A stretch of 64,000 nt of DNA from Clostridia bacterium (GTDB lineage: Bacteria; Bacillota; Clostridia; Oscillospirales; CAG-382). The DNA lies in the NCBI GenBank assembly GCA_017397955.1, contig JAFQHL010000045.1, positions 26,072 to 90,071 on the forward strand. The letters are read 5' to 3'. Both the position numbers and the translations under genes were made by a program. The notes under the pieces were generated by a model. The model saw only the letters and a list, made by a program, of their open reading frames with translations, was not told the origin of the DNA and did not search any database. This document shows, piece after piece, positions 53,046 through 64,000 of this stretch; positions within the stretch are counted from its first letter, which is position 1; the number at the start of each line of letters is the position of its first letter.

Positions 53046-54311
53046 ATGATAGATAAAGTCGCAATAACAATAAAAGCGGGCAAGGGCGGCGACGGAGCCG
53101 TTTCCTTCCGCAGAGAAAAATATGTTGCCAAAGGCGGTCCCGACGGCGGCGACGGCGGCAAAGGCGGCAATGTGGTGTTTGTGGTTGATGAAGGTACAAA
53201 TACTCTGCTTGACTATAAAAACCGTCGCAAGTTTAAAGCGCCCGACGGTGACAACGGTCAGGGCAGGAAGTTTGCGGGCAAAAGCGGCTCTGATTTGCAC
53301 CTTCCCGTGCCCAGAGGTACTGTAATAAAGGATACCAATACAGGCAAGGTTATCCATGATATGTCCGACGGTCAGCCTTATATTGCTGCGAAGGGCGGCA
53401 GAGGCGGTTGGGGCAACACTCATTTTGCCACCGCCACAAGACAGGCACCTCGCTTTGCAAAGAACGGCTACGAGGGCGAGTACAAAGAGCTGACTCTTGA
53501 GCTGAAGATGCTTGCGGATGTTGGCTTGGCAGGCTTTCCCAACGTGGGCAAGTCCACCCTTCTTTCAAAGATTTCTGCGGCAAACCCCAAGGTGGCAAAC
53601 TACCATTTCACCACCCTTGCGCCTAATCTGGGCGTTGTGCGTATATATGAAAAAGATTTTGTGGTAGCGGATATTCCCGGTCTTATCGAGGGCGCGTCCG
53701 AGGGATTGGGACTCGGTCACGATTTTTTGAGGCATATCGACCGTTGCAGGCTGATATTGCATATATTTGACCTTTCCGCCTCCGAGCGTGAAGATCCGCT
53801 GGAGGATATAAAAAAGATAAACGCAGAGCTGAAGAAATACAGTCCCGACCTTGCTACACGCCCTCAGATACTTGTGGGCAACAAGATAGATACGGGCTAT
53901 GATAAGGAAACGCTCACCAAAATAAAACGGTATGCAAGCCGCAAAGGGCAAAAGCTGTTTTTGATGTCGGGTCTGACAGGGCAGGGGATAGATGAGTTGA
54001 TGCGCTATGTTTCCGAACTGCTTGAGACCTTGCCGCCGCTTACTACCTATGAGAGCGAGATTACCGAAGAGGCGGAAATAGATTACACCGACCGAAGTGT
54101 TGATATTAAGATAGAAGACGGTGTTTACCATGTGGAAGGCGAATGGATTAAGCGCGTTTGCGGCGGCGTAAACTTTGACGACCGCGAATCCCTTATGTTC
54201 TTCCAGCGCGTGCTTAAAAACAGCGGCGTTATTGAAGCCCTTGAAAAAGCAGGCATTCAGGATGGCGACACCGTAGAGATATACGGCATAGAATTTGACT
54301 TTGTAATTTAA
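53046..54311 (+). CDS. obg: GTPase Obg/CgtA
   Basis: ATG 53046. Contains [28 protein letters not shown] and [10 protein letters not shown], plus a C-terminal TGS-like domain. Confidence 0.95.
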   Translation: MIDKVAITIKAGKGGDGAVSFRREKYVAKGGPDGGDGGKGGNVVFVVDEGTNTLLDYKNRRKFKAPDGDNGQGRKFAGKSGSDLHLPVPRGTVIKDTNTGKVIHDMSDGQPYIAAKGGRGGWGNTHFATATRQAPRFAKNGYEGEYKELTLELKMLADVGLAGFPNVGKSTLLSKISAANPKVANYHFTTLAPNLGVVRIYEKDFVVADIPGLIEGASEGLGLGHDFLRHIDRCRLILHIFDLSASEREDPLEDIKKINAELKKYSPDLATRPQILVGNKIDTGYDKETLTKIKRYASRKGQKLFLMSGLTGQGIDELMRYVSELLETLPPLTTYESEITEEAEIDYTDRSVDIKIEDGVYHVEGEWIKRVCGGVNFDDRESLMFFQRVLKNSGVIEALEKAGIQDGDTVEIYGIEFDFVI

Positions 54312-54324
54312 GGGGGAATATAAT

Positions 54325-56583
54325 ATGAATTTGATAAATAAGGGCTATTATTACGGCGGCAGAATATACGCCAACAAGGAAGAAGTTACAGCCGCAACAG
54401 GTCTTTCTGCAGAAAACGCAGAACAAAACACCCTATCCTACCGCATACTCAGTGACCATAACAAAGGAAACGAGGACAAGCTTAGAATAAGCTTTGACGC
54501 CATGGCTTCCCACGATATAACCTATGTGGGCATAATCCAGACAGCAAGAGCAGGCGGGCTTGAAAAGTTCCCCGTTCCCTATGTGCTTACAAACTGCCAC
54601 AACAGCCTTTGTGCTGTTGGCGGCACTATAAACGAGGATGACCATGTTTTCGGTCTCAGCGCGGCTAAAAAGTACGGCGGCATCTTTGTACCTGCCCATA
54701 TCGCCGTTATACATCAGTATATGCGTGAATGCTTTGCCGCCCCCGGCAAGATGATTCTGGGCTCTGACAGCCACACCCGTTACGGTGCACTCGGCTGTAT
54801 GGCAATCGGTGAAGGCGGCCCCGAGCTTGTAAAACAGCTGCTTTGCCGCACCTACGATATCGACCGCCCCGAAAAGGTTGCGGTTGTTCTTTCCGGCAGT
54901 CCGCGCCACGGCGTAGGCCCTCAGGATATAGCACTTGCAATAATCGGCAAGGTTTTTAAAAACGGATTTGTAAAGAACAAGGTAATGGAATTTGTAGGCG
55001 ACGGTATTGCTTCTCTCAGCGTTGATTACCGTAACGGTATTGATGTTATGACTACCGAGACCACCTGCCTTTCCACCGTTTGGGAAACAGACGGTAAGGT
55101 TAAAGAATACCTTGCAAAGCACGGCAGAGCAGACCAGTATAAAGAGCTGAAGATAGAAAAACCCGCATACTATGACGGAATAATAGACCTTGACCTCTCC
55201 ACGGTAGAGCCTATGATAGCTTTGCCCTTCCATCCCGCTAATGTTTACAGCATTAAGGAGCTCAACGCTAACCCTGCAGATATCCTCAGAGAAAGCGAAA
55301 AGAGCGCGGAAGAGCTGTTTGGCGGCAGAGTTAAATTCAGCCTTACCGATAAGCTGGTAGACGGCAAGCTTAATGTACAGCAGGGCGTTATCGCAGGCTG
55401 TGCAGGCGGCATCTATGAAAATATTTGGGCGGCTTCCCAAATCCTCAAGGGTGCCAATACGGGCAGCGGTGCGTTCTCCCTTTCCGTTTACCCGGCAAGC
55501 CAGCCCGTGTACTTTGAGATGATGCGCTCCGGTGCACTTAAGACCTTGGCAGAATGTGGCGCGGTTATAAAGACCGCATTCTGCGGTCCTTGCTTCGGTG
55601 CAGGCGACGTACCCGCAAACGGCGCACTCAGCATACGTCACAGCACCCGTAACTTCCCCAACCGCGAGGGTAGCAAGCCCGGCGAAGGTCAAATTTCCTC
55701 CGTTGCACTTATGGATGCACGCTCCATTGCGGCAAGCGCAAAGATGGGCGGCGTGCTCACCTCCGCAAGCGATGTTGATTACGATGACAATGTACCGGAA
55801 TATAATTACGATGATTCTGCTTACGCAAGCCGCGTTTATGCAGGCTTTGGCAAGGCGGATTCCGCAAGCGATTTGGTTTACGGTCCCAATATTGCGGATT
55901 GGCCCAAGATAGAAGCACTTCCTGAAGATATGCTTTACAAGGTAGCGGCTTATATTACAGACCCCGTTACCACCACCGATGAGCTTATCCCTTCAGGTGA
56001 GACTTCCTCTTATCGCTCCAACCCTGAGAGACTTTCTCAGTTTGCTCTTTCCAGAAAAGTTCCCGAATATGTGGGCAGAGCAAAGGAAATCCGTACAGCC
56101 GAAAAGGCAAGACTTGCAGGCGACGACCCTGTAAAGGTACTTGACGAGCTTGGCGCAGTATATGCGGCGGCAGAAAAAGCAGGTCTTGCACTTGATAAAG
56201 TCGCTACAGGCATAGCAAGCCTTGTATACGCCAACAAGCCCGGCGACGGCTCTGCAAGAGAGCAGGCGGCATCCTGCCAGCGTGTTCTTGGCGGCGGAGC
56301 CAATATTGCTGTTGAATACGCTACCAAGCGTTACAGAAGCAACCTTATCAACTGGGGTATGGTTCCTTTTACCACCGACCGTGCAGAAGATTTTGCCTGC
56401 GGTGATTATATACTGGTTAAAGGTATCCGCAGTGCCATTGATGCAGAGGATAAGGAGATAAAGGCTTATGTAATAAAGGGCGGCATCGTTACCGAAACCA
56501 CCCTTAAATTACCTGCACTTACCCTTGATGAAAAGCGTATAATTCTTGAGGGTTGCCTTATCAACTACTACCGCAAGTATTAA
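54325..56583 (+). CDS. aconitase-family hydratase
   Basis: 752 aa. Contains GSDSHTRYG and FCGPCFG (Fe-S ligand motifs). The exact substrate cannot be determined from the sequence. Confidence 0.7.
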   Translation: MNLINKGYYYGGRIYANKEEVTAATGLSAENAEQNTLSYRILSDHNKGNEDKLRISFDAMASHDITYVGIIQTARAGGLEKFPVPYVLTNCHNSLCAVGGTINEDDHVFGLSAAKKYGGIFVPAHIAVIHQYMRECFAAPGKMILGSDSHTRYGALGCMAIGEGGPELVKQLLCRTYDIDRPEKVAVVLSGSPRHGVGPQDIALAIIGKVFKNGFVKNKVMEFVGDGIASLSVDYRNGIDVMTTETTCLSTVWETDGKVKEYLAKHGRADQYKELKIEKPAYYDGIIDLDLSTVEPMIALPFHPANVYSIKELNANPADILRESEKSAEELFGGRVKFSLTDKLVDGKLNVQQGVIAGCAGGIYENIWAASQILKGANTGSGAFSLSVYPASQPVYFEMMRSGALKTLAECGAVIKTAFCGPCFGAGDVPANGALSIRHSTRNFPNREGSKPGEGQISSVALMDARSIAASAKMGGVLTSASDVDYDDNVPEYNYDDSAYASRVYAGFGKADSASDLVYGPNIADWPKIEALPEDMLYKVAAYITDPVTTTDELIPSGETSSYRSNPERLSQFALSRKVPEYVGRAKEIRTAEKARLAGDDPVKVLDELGAVYAAAEKAGLALDKVATGIASLVYANKPGDGSAREQAASCQRVLGGGANIAVEYATKRYRSNLINWGMVPFTTDRAEDFACGDYILVKGIRSAIDAEDKEIKAYVIKGGIVTETTLKLPALTLDEKRIILEGCLINYYRKY

Positions 56584-57512
56584 GCAAAATAGCTTTCCAC
56601 CAGCTTGTCACATTCAGCAGGGGAGTATCGCCAATAGTCGATATGCCCCTGCTTGATAAAGTAATTCATGGGCAGTGGCTGTCCTTCTGAGGGATAAGTG
56701 TCTATTATAACCAGCTTAACCTTCATTTTGTCCTTGATAATGCTTTTTATATAAACTGCGGCGCTTTTTCCAACCTCTGCGCCCTCGCGGTATTCGGCAA
56801 GTCCTGCAAGGTTTGGCGTAAGCTCTACAAATACGCCGTAGCTTTCAATGCTGCGTATAATCCCCGCGGCAGTCTGCCCTGCACAGTAAAGCTGTGCATT
56901 CTCCTGCCAAGTGCCAAGCAGCTCGCGGTGTGATAGGCTAATACGTCCGCTTTCGCTGTCCACGGCTTTTACAACAACACGTATGTCTTGCCCTGTATAC
57001 ATTCTGTCTTTTGGATGGGCGATGCGCGATACGGATAGAGTGTCTATGGGCAGTAGGGATACAATACCACAGCTTACGTCTGCAAAGGCACCGAAGGATT
57101 CAAGGTGCGTAACCCTTGCGGGTATAACGTCACCCGGCATAAGCTTGTCAATATATGCAAGCATCGCTTCCAGTTGTGCCAAGCGGCGTGAAAGTATCAG
57201 ACGCAGTTCATTACCGTCGTGCCGTAATTCTATAATTTTAAAGCAAACGGGCTTACCAACGCGGCTGATTATGGCAATATCCTTGGGGCGTTCCCCCTCA
57301 CGCATATAAACACATTCGCTGTGGGGAATAATACCTGTGTATTTGCCTACACGCACGTGTAAATTACGCTCGCTGTCGCAAAGGATGCAAACCCCTTCCA
57401 GTATGGTTCCGTCGATAAATGCTCTTTCCAAGCCTTCGGCGTTGGCAGTAGCAATCCTGTTTGCGGTGCTGTTTACAATCTGTCCTTCAGGCAGATATAA
57501 ATTCTGTTTCAT
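56580..57512 (-). CDS. S1 RNA-binding domain protein
   Basis: 310 aa with repeated S1-like OB segments ([40 protein letters not shown]). Confidence 0.75.
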   Translation of the reverse strand: MKQNLYLPEGQIVNSTANRIATANAEGLERAFIDGTILEGVCILCDSERNLHVRVGKYTGIIPHSECVYMREGERPKDIAIISRVGKPVCFKIIELRHDGNELRLILSRRLAQLEAMLAYIDKLMPGDVIPARVTHLESFGAFADVSCGIVSLLPIDTLSVSRIAHPKDRMYTGQDIRVVVKAVDSESGRISLSHRELLGTWQENAQLYCAGQTAAGIIRSIESYGVFVELTPNLAGLAEYREGAEVGKSAAVYIKSIIKDKMKVKLVIIDTYPSEGQPLPMNYFIKQGHIDYWRYSPAECDKLVESYFA

Positions 57513-57596
57513 AACTTATGCTTTCCTTTCCTTTTTGTTTCATTTTTATGTACAAACATTAAGGGGTAGAACTAATAATATTGATAGGAGAAAAAT

Positions 57597-58664
57597 ATGC
57601 TTAACAAACTTGCGGAGATAGAAAAGAAATTTGAAGGCTTGGAAGAAAGCCTTTCCGACCCCGCCGTTGTCAGCAATATAGATAATTATACCGCTATAAT
57701 GAAGGAGTATAAATCTCTTGAAGAAGTGGTTACCAAGTACCGTGAGTACAAGGCGGCGCAAACCGCGTTTGAGGAAGCTGAGGAGATGATGTCCGACAGT
57801 GACCCTGAAATGAAAGAGCTGGCACAGGAAGAATACGCCGTTAACAAAGAAGCTATGGAGCGCATAACGGAAGAACTTCGCATTCTTCTTCTGCCCAAGG
57901 ACCCTAACGATGACAAGAACGTTATTATAGAAATACGCTCCGGCGCAGGCGGAGAGGAAGCGGCGCTTTTTGCGGGCGTGCTTTATCGTATGTATACCAT
58001 GTATGCGGAAGCCTCCGGCTTTAAGTGTGAGCTTGTAAACGCCAACGAAACGGAGCTTGGCGGCTTTAAGGAAGTGTCATTTATGGTAGAAGGTGCGGGT
58101 GCCTACAGTCGTTTCAAATTTGAAAGCGGTGTTCACCGTGTACAGCGTGTGCCCGAAACGGAAAGTCAGGGCAGAATACAGACTTCTACCGCCACCGTTG
58201 CCGTGCTTCCCGAAACCGAAGATGTTGACTTCCAGCTCAATATGGACGAGCTTGAGATTACCCGTCACCGCAGTGCAGGTGCAGGCGGTCAGCACGTTAA
58301 CAAGACAGAGTCGGCAATACGTATAATCCATATTCCTACGGGCATAGTTGTTGACTGCCAAGATGAGCGTAGCCAGATAAAGAACAAGGACAAGGCGCTT
58401 AAGGTAATGAAGTCTCGCCTTTACGATATGGAACAGCGTAAGAAGGCGGAAAGCCTTGCAAGCGAGCGTCAGTCACAAATAGGTACGGGTGACCGCAGCG
58501 AGCGCATACGCACCTATAATTATCCGCAGGGTAGAGTTACCGACCATAGAATAGGTATGACCATTTACTCCCTGGAAAACTTTGTAAACGGCAGAATAGA
58601 CGAAATGGTTGATGCTCTTATTACCGCAGACAGAGCAGAAAAGCTTAAAGCGGGCGAACAGTAA
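57597..58664 (+). CDS. prfA: peptide chain release factor 1
   Basis: 355 aa. GGQ motif (SAGAGGQHVNKTESA) and a PxT-type tripeptide (VPETES). Confidence 0.95.
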   Translation: MLNKLAEIEKKFEGLEESLSDPAVVSNIDNYTAIMKEYKSLEEVVTKYREYKAAQTAFEEAEEMMSDSDPEMKELAQEEYAVNKEAMERITEELRILLLPKDPNDDKNVIIEIRSGAGGEEAALFAGVLYRMYTMYAEASGFKCELVNANETELGGFKEVSFMVEGAGAYSRFKFESGVHRVQRVPETESQGRIQTSTATVAVLPETEDVDFQLNMDELEITRHRSAGAGGQHVNKTESAIRIIHIPTGIVVDCQDERSQIKNKDKALKVMKSRLYDMEQRKKAESLASERQSQIGTGDRSERIRTYNYPQGRVTDHRIGMTIYSLENFVNGRIDEMVDALITADRAEKLKAGEQ

Positions 58665-58676
58665 AGGAGATATGTT

Positions 58677-59810
58677 ATGGCAGTAAAAAACTTTAACAGT
58701 AAGGCAATAGACGACGCTATAGCCATAGAACTTGAAAACCGCACATTCCCCGGTGCATCCCTTGCCATCGGCGATAAAGACGGGGTGTTCTACAAGGCGC
58801 ATTACGGCGCCGCATCTCTGTTTAACGACGATAATCCCTGCTTTGACAAGGAGCCTAAGGAGTTTACGGGTGATTACATACCCGTAACCGAAAACACCCT
58901 TTATGATATGGCTTCCTGCACAAAGATTTTGTCCACCACTATGGTTGCATTCCGTATGATAGATATGGGCAAGATCGCACTGTATGACAGCATAAGTCGC
59001 TTCATCTCCGTGCCTGAGGATAAGAAAGATATAGAAATCCGTCATCTGCTTACCCACACCAGCGGTATTCGTGCACATTTTCTGTTGGAAAACGATGGAA
59101 GAGCACCCTCTGAGGCGGCGCAGATAGTTTTGGATATGCCGCTTTCCACACCTACCGGCACAAAGGTAGAGTATACCTGTATGGGTTATATCTTGCTTGG
59201 TAAGATACTGGAAAGAGTTGGCGGCAAACCGCTTGACGTGCTGGCAGACGAGCTTGTGTTTAAGCCTTTGGGTATGACAAATACCTGCTACCGTCCTCTT
59301 GATAAGGGCTATACAGATATCGCCGTAACCGAGTACTGCGAAAGATTAAAGGCATACAAAAAGGGCATAGTACATGACGAAAACGCTTGCTTCCTTGAGG
59401 GGATAAGTGCAAACGCAGGCATCTTTTCTACCGTAGATGACTGTGCAAAGTTTGCAACAATGCTTGCCCGTAACGGTATGACCGATAACGGCGTTTTTAT
59501 TTCACCTTCTCTTATGAATCTGGCAAAGACCGACCTTACCACCGCCGTACCCGGAGAGGGTAGGGGGCTTGGTTTTGTTGTTAAGCGCACCAATACCCTA
59601 AGCGCAATGGGCGATCTTTTCCCCGGCGGCTCCTTTGGTCATAACGGCTACACAGGTACATCTATATATGTTCACGGCGATAACGGTATGTTTGCCGTAC
59701 TTCTTACAAATCGCGTGCACTTCACCCGTAATTCCGACCGTCTTATGCGGTTCCGCCGTGTTTTCCATAATCTTGCCACGGCAGAATACGAAAAAGCTTT
59801 GCTTAAATAG
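58677..59810 (+). CDS. serine hydrolase, beta-lactamase (class C / PBP4*-like) family
   Basis: 377 aa. Contains the S-x-x-K motif (MASCTKIL) and a later HTSG segment. Confidence 0.75.
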   Translation: MAVKNFNSKAIDDAIAIELENRTFPGASLAIGDKDGVFYKAHYGAASLFNDDNPCFDKEPKEFTGDYIPVTENTLYDMASCTKILSTTMVAFRMIDMGKIALYDSISRFISVPEDKKDIEIRHLLTHTSGIRAHFLLENDGRAPSEAAQIVLDMPLSTPTGTKVEYTCMGYILLGKILERVGGKPLDVLADELVFKPLGMTNTCYRPLDKGYTDIAVTEYCERLKAYKKGIVHDENACFLEGISANAGIFSTVDDCAKFATMLARNGMTDNGVFISPSLMNLAKTDLTTAVPGEGRGLGFVVKRTNTLSAMGDLFPGGSFGHNGYTGTSIYVHGDNGMFAVLLTNRVHFTRNSDRLMRFRRVFHNLATAEYEKALLK

Positions 59811-59811
59811 C

Positions 59812-60759
59812 TTATTGGCATTTGCGGCGCGCCTTGGGTATAACAAGGTGCAGCTCGTAAAAGTCACCAAGATCGTTGTCGGTGCGCTCTACCTCAAAGC
59901 CTGCGGCAGCGGCAAGACCTATGGCTTTTTCCACGCTGTTCATAAAAAATCTTATGTCACTAAGTGCGCTTACCGTTCGTCGGTGAGCGCATTTTTGTAC
60001 CTGCTTTACGGCTCCGTTAAGATAGGCATCAACTTGCTTTTCGCATTCCGTATGGCTCCACCCGTGCGCTTCTGCGCTTTTTAACAGCTTAAGTCGCGCC
60101 GTTGCGTTTTCTATCCTCAAGAATACGCGGCACAGTCTTTCTGAAAAATTGCAATCAATAATAATTCTTCGTTCTTCATCGCTAAACCTCAAAAGTCTTA
60201 GCTTGTTGGCAACGGTGGATTGCCGCATCCCTAAGCTTTCCGCCAGCTCCGTTTGGTTAAGTCCGCAAACAATCATTATGTTTTGCATTGCCCCCGCTTG
60301 TTCAAAAAAGCTAAGGTCACAGCGATATATGTTTTCTGCTAAGGCGATTTTTGCGCTGTCTCCCGCGGTGGCATTCATTATGATACAGGGTAGCTTGTCC
60401 AACCCAGCCCGTTTAGCCGCCCTAAAACGCCGCTCTCCCGCTATTATTTCGTATGTTGCCTCCGCCTTTACAATTTGACCGTTGATTGATACTGTTGGTA
60501 CATCTTCCCTAAGTCGCACGCAAAGCGGTTGCAGTACCCCGTTGGTTTTAATGCTGTGTGCCAGGCTATCAATTTCTTCTTCCGAAAAATACTTGCGCGG
60601 TTGCAATGGATTTGCCGTAAGCTTGTTTATGGGGATATAGCTTAAGGACGGTAAAATCGGCTTTTTCAACCCTAATTTTTCTGCAATATTCAATATGCTT
60701 CCCTCCTTTGTTGTTGCTTTTATCAATATTACCATTTTTTGGCTGTCGAAAAGGCGCAA
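59812..60759 (-). CDS. ParB/Spo0J/Noc-family DNA-binding protein
   Basis: Contains LQPRKYFSEEEIDSLAHSIKTNGVLQPLCVR...YEIIAGERRFRAAKRAGLDKLPCII. The exact start is uncertain. Confidence 0.75.
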   Translation of the reverse strand: MRLFDSQKMVILIKATTKEGSILNIAEKLGLKKPILPSLSYIPINKLTANPLQPRKYFSEEEIDSLAHSIKTNGVLQPLCVRLREDVPTVSINGQIVKAEATYEIIAGERRFRAAKRAGLDKLPCIIMNATAGDSAKIALAENIYRCDLSFFEQAGAMQNIMIVCGLNQTELAESLGMRQSTVANKLRLLRFSDEERRIIIDCNFSERLCRVFLRIENATARLKLLKSAEAHGWSHTECEKQVDAYLNGAVKQVQKCAHRRTVSALSDIRFFMNSVEKAIGLAAAAGFEVERTDNDLGDFYELHLVIPKARRKCQ

Positions 60760-60785
60760 AGTCTGACAAATAAAAAAATAAACGA

Positions 60786-60819
60786 AGTCGTTTTTGACTT
60801 CGTTTATTTACTTAAATAT
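60786..60819 (-). terminator. intrinsic terminator after the histidine kinase gene
   Basis: AAATAAACGAAGTC / GACTTCGTTTATTT 14-bp stem with a T-run on the minus strand. Confidence 0.6.
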
Positions 60820-62303
60820 TAAATGTAAAAACTAAAGACAGAGCCTTCACCAAGTACGCTTTCTACGTTAACAGTACCTCCGTGTGCTTCTACAATAACC
60901 TTTACCATAGGAAGCCCCAAGCCCATACTGCCGTTATTGTCTGCCGTCCTTGCTCCATCTACTCGGTAAAACCTGTTCCAAATATGCTTAATGTCTTCGG
61001 AAGAAATGCCTATGCCATCGTCCTTAACCTTGCAAAGGACGTGCCCGCCTTCTTTTTCTTCTATGCTTACAAAAACATTGCCGCCTTCTTTGCCGTATTT
61101 AATAGCATTGCTTACAAGGTTTATAAACACACGCATTATCTGGGTTTGGTCGGCGCGTACAAAAACGGCGTTTTCTGTCTCCAAAACAAGACTTATGCTT
61201 TTTGCTCTTGCTTCAAACTCTTTTTCTGCCAGTACCATCTCTGCCAGCTCTCTAATGTCAAATCTTTCTTTTTCCAATACCTCAATCTTGTTGTCGGCAC
61301 GTGCAAGATTTAAAAGTTCAGCCAGCAATTTGTTCATTTTTTTGCTCTGCCTGTTAATGCTGTTTAGTGCTTCTACCCTGTCTTCCCGTGTTGCCTTGGA
61401 GTCAAGTGCAAATTCACTTTGCGCCATAATAACCGCTACAGGTGTTCTAAGCTCATGAGAAGCATCGGTTGTAAACTGTTTCTCCTTTTCAAAATTGGCT
61501 TCTATTGCATCAAGCATTCCATTGAAGGTAGAAGCCAGGGTGCTTATCTCGTCTTTGCCGTTGCCCATATTAAGCCTTTGAGATAAGTCGTTGCTTGAGG
61601 CTATAGTTGCCGCCGCCTCTGTAATCTTTAATACGGGTTTAAAGGCACGTTTTGTTACAAAATAGCTTAGCACCGTCGCTATCAGAATAACAAAGGGGAT
61701 TTGTATTAAGACAAGACGTGTGGTGTTGTATGCCGCGGTACGGGTGTCGGAAGCATCTACGGCACCGCAAACCCATACACCCTTATTGCTTATTATTGGA
61801 TCGTCCACAAAACGCACAAAAATATAGTGTCCGTTTTGTGCAAATACCTCATCTGTTTTCCATTCGGTATTAAATTCCAAGACTGCGGGTAATGCACCTT
61901 CTGTTAAATTTTCTGAATTGGTAGTCGTTTCTGTTGACAAATCAGATACTATATACAGATTAACACCGCGGTTTTCGTATTTCACGTCCGTGGGGTATAT
62001 AAGTGTGTATTTATGCGGTCCCTTGCCTCTGTCAGGCGCGTTCTCAGGCGGCTCTTGCAATTCCGGCTGTTTTCCGTGCCCGCCGCCGTAAGGTGGCTCT
62101 TTATCCGGGGGTATGGTATCATCGGCTTCAAAATAGAATTTGTCGTAAAGGCTGTTAACCTCTTCACGCAGGGTGTCTTTAAGCTGATGCACGGATGAGG
62201 TGCGAGCAAAATTGACGGTAATCATCATCATTGCTACGGCAAAAGCAGAAAGGATACACGCTATGTACAGGGTTATCTTCAATTTTATGCTAAAGTGTTT
62301 CAT
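60819..62303 (-). CDS. sensor histidine kinase
   Basis: 494 aa. Two TM segments, HAMP-like region, H-box (FTTDASHELRTPV), and N/G boxes (NLVSNAIKYG, GLGLPMV). Confidence 0.9.
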   Translation of the reverse strand: MKHFSIKLKITLYIACILSAFAVAMMMITVNFARTSSVHQLKDTLREEVNSLYDKFYFEADDTIPPDKEPPYGGGHGKQPELQEPPENAPDRGKGPHKYTLIYPTDVKYENRGVNLYIVSDLSTETTTNSENLTEGALPAVLEFNTEWKTDEVFAQNGHYIFVRFVDDPIISNKGVWVCGAVDASDTRTAAYNTTRLVLIQIPFVILIATVLSYFVTKRAFKPVLKITEAAATIASSNDLSQRLNMGNGKDEISTLASTFNGMLDAIEANFEKEKQFTTDASHELRTPVAVIMAQSEFALDSKATREDRVEALNSINRQSKKMNKLLAELLNLARADNKIEVLEKERFDIRELAEMVLAEKEFEARAKSISLVLETENAVFVRADQTQIMRVFINLVSNAIKYGKEGGNVFVSIEEKEGGHVLCKVKDDGIGISSEDIKHIWNRFYRVDGARTADNNGSMGLGLPMVKVIVEAHGGTVNVESVLGEGSVFSFYI

Positions 62304-62977
62304 AAAGTGTCGTCCTTAATAATATATCCAACGCCGCGTATGGTTTGTATAAGCTTTGCAGCGTTGTCACCGTCTATCTTTTTCCTTAAATAACTAATAT
62401 AAACGTCTATAACGTTACTACCGCCCTCATAATCATAGTTCCATATATGCTCTTCAATTTTTTCTCTGGAAAGCACATTGCCCTTGTTTTTAACTAAAAA
62501 TTCAAGTATTGAAAACTCTTTGGAGGATAAGCTTATTTCTTTGCCGCCGCGGGTAACGCTGTGGGTATTTATGTTAATTACAAGGTCGCCCACCGTCAGT
62601 ACGTTTGTGGCAATTCCACCTTTTCTTCTGGTTATGGCGTGCAGTCTTGCAATCAGCTCATCCAAAGAAAATGGCTTTATCAAATAGTCGTCGGCACCGG
62701 CATTAAGACCTTCCACGCGGTCGCTTACCGCATCTTTGGCAGTCAAAAGTAAAACAGGCGTGTTAATATTACGCTCTCTCATCCATGTAAGCACATTAAG
62801 ACCGGAAACCTTCGGCATCATAATATCTAAAACTACCGCATCGTATTCCGCAAAGGAAAGATAATCAATTGCCGATTCACCATCATAACAGCTGTCAACA
62901 GAAAAATTTTCCACAGATAACCTACGGCTTACAACCGCGTTTAAATCCTTTTCGTCATCGGCAACAAGTATTCGCAT
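62300..62977 (-). CDS. OmpR-family response regulator
   Basis: Start at MRILVADDE (RBS spacing favours 62977). Receiver domain plus a winged-helix C-terminus (IQTIRGVGYII). Confidence 0.9.
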   Translation of the reverse strand: MRILVADDEKDLNAVVSRRLSVENFSVDSCYDGESAIDYLSFAEYDAVVLDIMMPKVSGLNVLTWMRERNINTPVLLLTAKDAVSDRVEGLNAGADDYLIKPFSLDELIARLHAITRRKGGIATNVLTVGDLVININTHSVTRGGKEISLSSKEFSILEFLVKNKGNVLSREKIEEHIWNYDYEGGSNVIDVYISYLRKKIDGDNAAKLIQTIRGVGYIIKDDTL

Positions 62978-63075
62978 AAGCATTGCCTCCTTTCCCTTTT
63001 ATTAGAATATAGCAGTCCATTGTTAACACAAAATGAAAGCCCCTGATTTTTTTCATAAAAAGCAGGAGCTTTATC

Positions 63076-63984
63076 TCAGTTAAAAAACATTTTCTTTGCT
63101 CTTACCGCAAGCCCTTTGTCAAACATTGCTGTTTCACCAAAGGCAATAAACCCGTTTTTGTCGTAAACTCTAAGCAAAAGTCCTTCGCTTTCTAAGGCAA
63201 TTTCCTGCATTTTAATCTTCTTGCAGTAAATTTCGCAACCGTTTTTAAATAATTTGGAATAAAACTCAGGCAACACAATCTTTGGATACTCCGCAAAAAC
63301 GGTTTCTACGGGAATAAGCAACGCAGAAAGAGCTTCCGGACTCATTATCTCAAGTTCTTCGGTGGTATGTGCGTTTTCTATGCGGTAATCGCCCACACGC
63401 CGCCTTTCAAGGGAGCACATACACGCCCCACAACCAAGCTTTTCGCCTATGTCTTCGCATAAGGTACGTATATAGGTGCCCTTAGAGCAGTCAACCTCTA
63501 TGTAAAAAACACCGTCTTTTTCGCTGGGCAACACGGAATATATATTAACCTTACGCGCTTTGCGTTCCACCTCTATGCCCTTGCGTGCAAGGTCAACCAG
63601 CTTAACACCGCCAACCTTTAGGGCAGAGTACATAGGAGGCACCTGCATATTTTCACCGACAAAGCTATTTGCCGCTTCAGAAAAAGCATCAAAGTCAGGC
63701 AGTTCACCGTCAAATTCTTTAATAACCGTACCTGTTGTATCACCGCTGTCCGTACAAACACCCAGCTTTACGCCTGCAAAATAGCTTTTGTCGTGGTCTT
63801 GCATATACTCGCAAGCCTTAACGGCGCGCCCTATAAGTACGGGTAAAACACCTGTTGCCATAGGGTCAAGAGTCCCCGCGTGTCCTACGGTTTTAATTCC
63901 GTATATTCGCCGCACAATATTAACAATCCTATGACTGCTTACGCCTGCGGGCTTGTTTATAATTAGTATACCGCTTACATCCAT
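63076..63984 (-). CDS. truB: tRNA pseudouridine(55) synthase
   Basis: 302 aa. Contains GILIINKPAGVSSH and HAGTLDPMATGVLPVLIGRA. Confidence 0.95.
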   Translation of the reverse strand: MDVSGILIINKPAGVSSHRIVNIVRRIYGIKTVGHAGTLDPMATGVLPVLIGRAVKACEYMQDHDKSYFAGVKLGVCTDSGDTTGTVIKEFDGELPDFDAFSEAANSFVGENMQVPPMYSALKVGGVKLVDLARKGIEVERKARKVNIYSVLPSEKDGVFYIEVDCSKGTYIRTLCEDIGEKLGCGACMCSLERRRVGDYRIENAHTTEELEIMSPEALSALLIPVETVFAEYPKIVLPEFYSKLFKNGCEIYCKKIKMQEIALESEGLLLRVYDKNGFIAFGETAMFDKGLAVRAKKMFFN

Positions 63985-64000
63985 AATACTATAATTTACC

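Noticed and set aside
54433-55692. 419-aa ORF on the minus strand
   Set aside because: It is antisense to the aconitase-family gene, which carries Fe-S ligand motifs. This is a shadow ORF.

Overview
This 64-kb window comes from a spore-forming, Clostridia-type Firmicute. Evidence for that: yqfC/yqfD, tepA, spoVFA/spoVFB and dockerin-bearing proteins. All family calls below are made by eye from motifs, gene order and ORF structure; no database search was run.

Layout:
1. 1-4160: host sporulation and cell-surface genes.
2. 4277-7001: a 2.7-kb prophage remnant. It carries two tail-fibre-like genes, a holin and an endolysin behind a consensus sigma-A promoter, and ends in a 23-nt fragment of tRNA-Thr.
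3. 7002-45490: an apparently complete prophage of about 38.5 kb. In order it contains an AT-rich cargo island, tyrosine integrase, S24/LexA-type repressor, cro-like switch, HUH Rep, RecU, SSB, a run of small Cys-rich ORFs, a lambda-like head module, a P2/Mu-like contractile tail, and a holin plus endolysin.
4. 45491-45565: intact tRNA-Thr(CGU), whose 3' 23 nt form the att core.
5. 45.8-64 kb: host housekeeping genes (spoVFA/B, gdhA, M23 peptidase, ilvE, rplU-prp-rpmA, obg, an aconitase-family hydratase, S1-domain protein, prfA, a serine hydrolase, ParB-like protein, a two-component system, truB).

No rRNA, CRISPR array, transposase or reverse transcriptase was seen.

Best candidates for something new:
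- A Panacea (DUF4065)-domain gene translationally coupled to an unassignable 3-TM membrane protein in the attL-int cargo island, together with a divergent Cys-rich membrane-anchored orphan.
- Two paralogous endolysins that carry dockerin repeats where a cell-wall-binding domain is usually found.
- An intact lysis cassette retained in the remnant behind a consensus promoter.
- A zinc-ribbon membrane protein co-transcribed with the repressor.

Smaller observations: arm-type repeats at both prophage ends, a split ParB-like gene, an unannotated -1 frameshift tail chaperone, a nested scaffold start, and an array of paralogous Cys-rich early ORFs.
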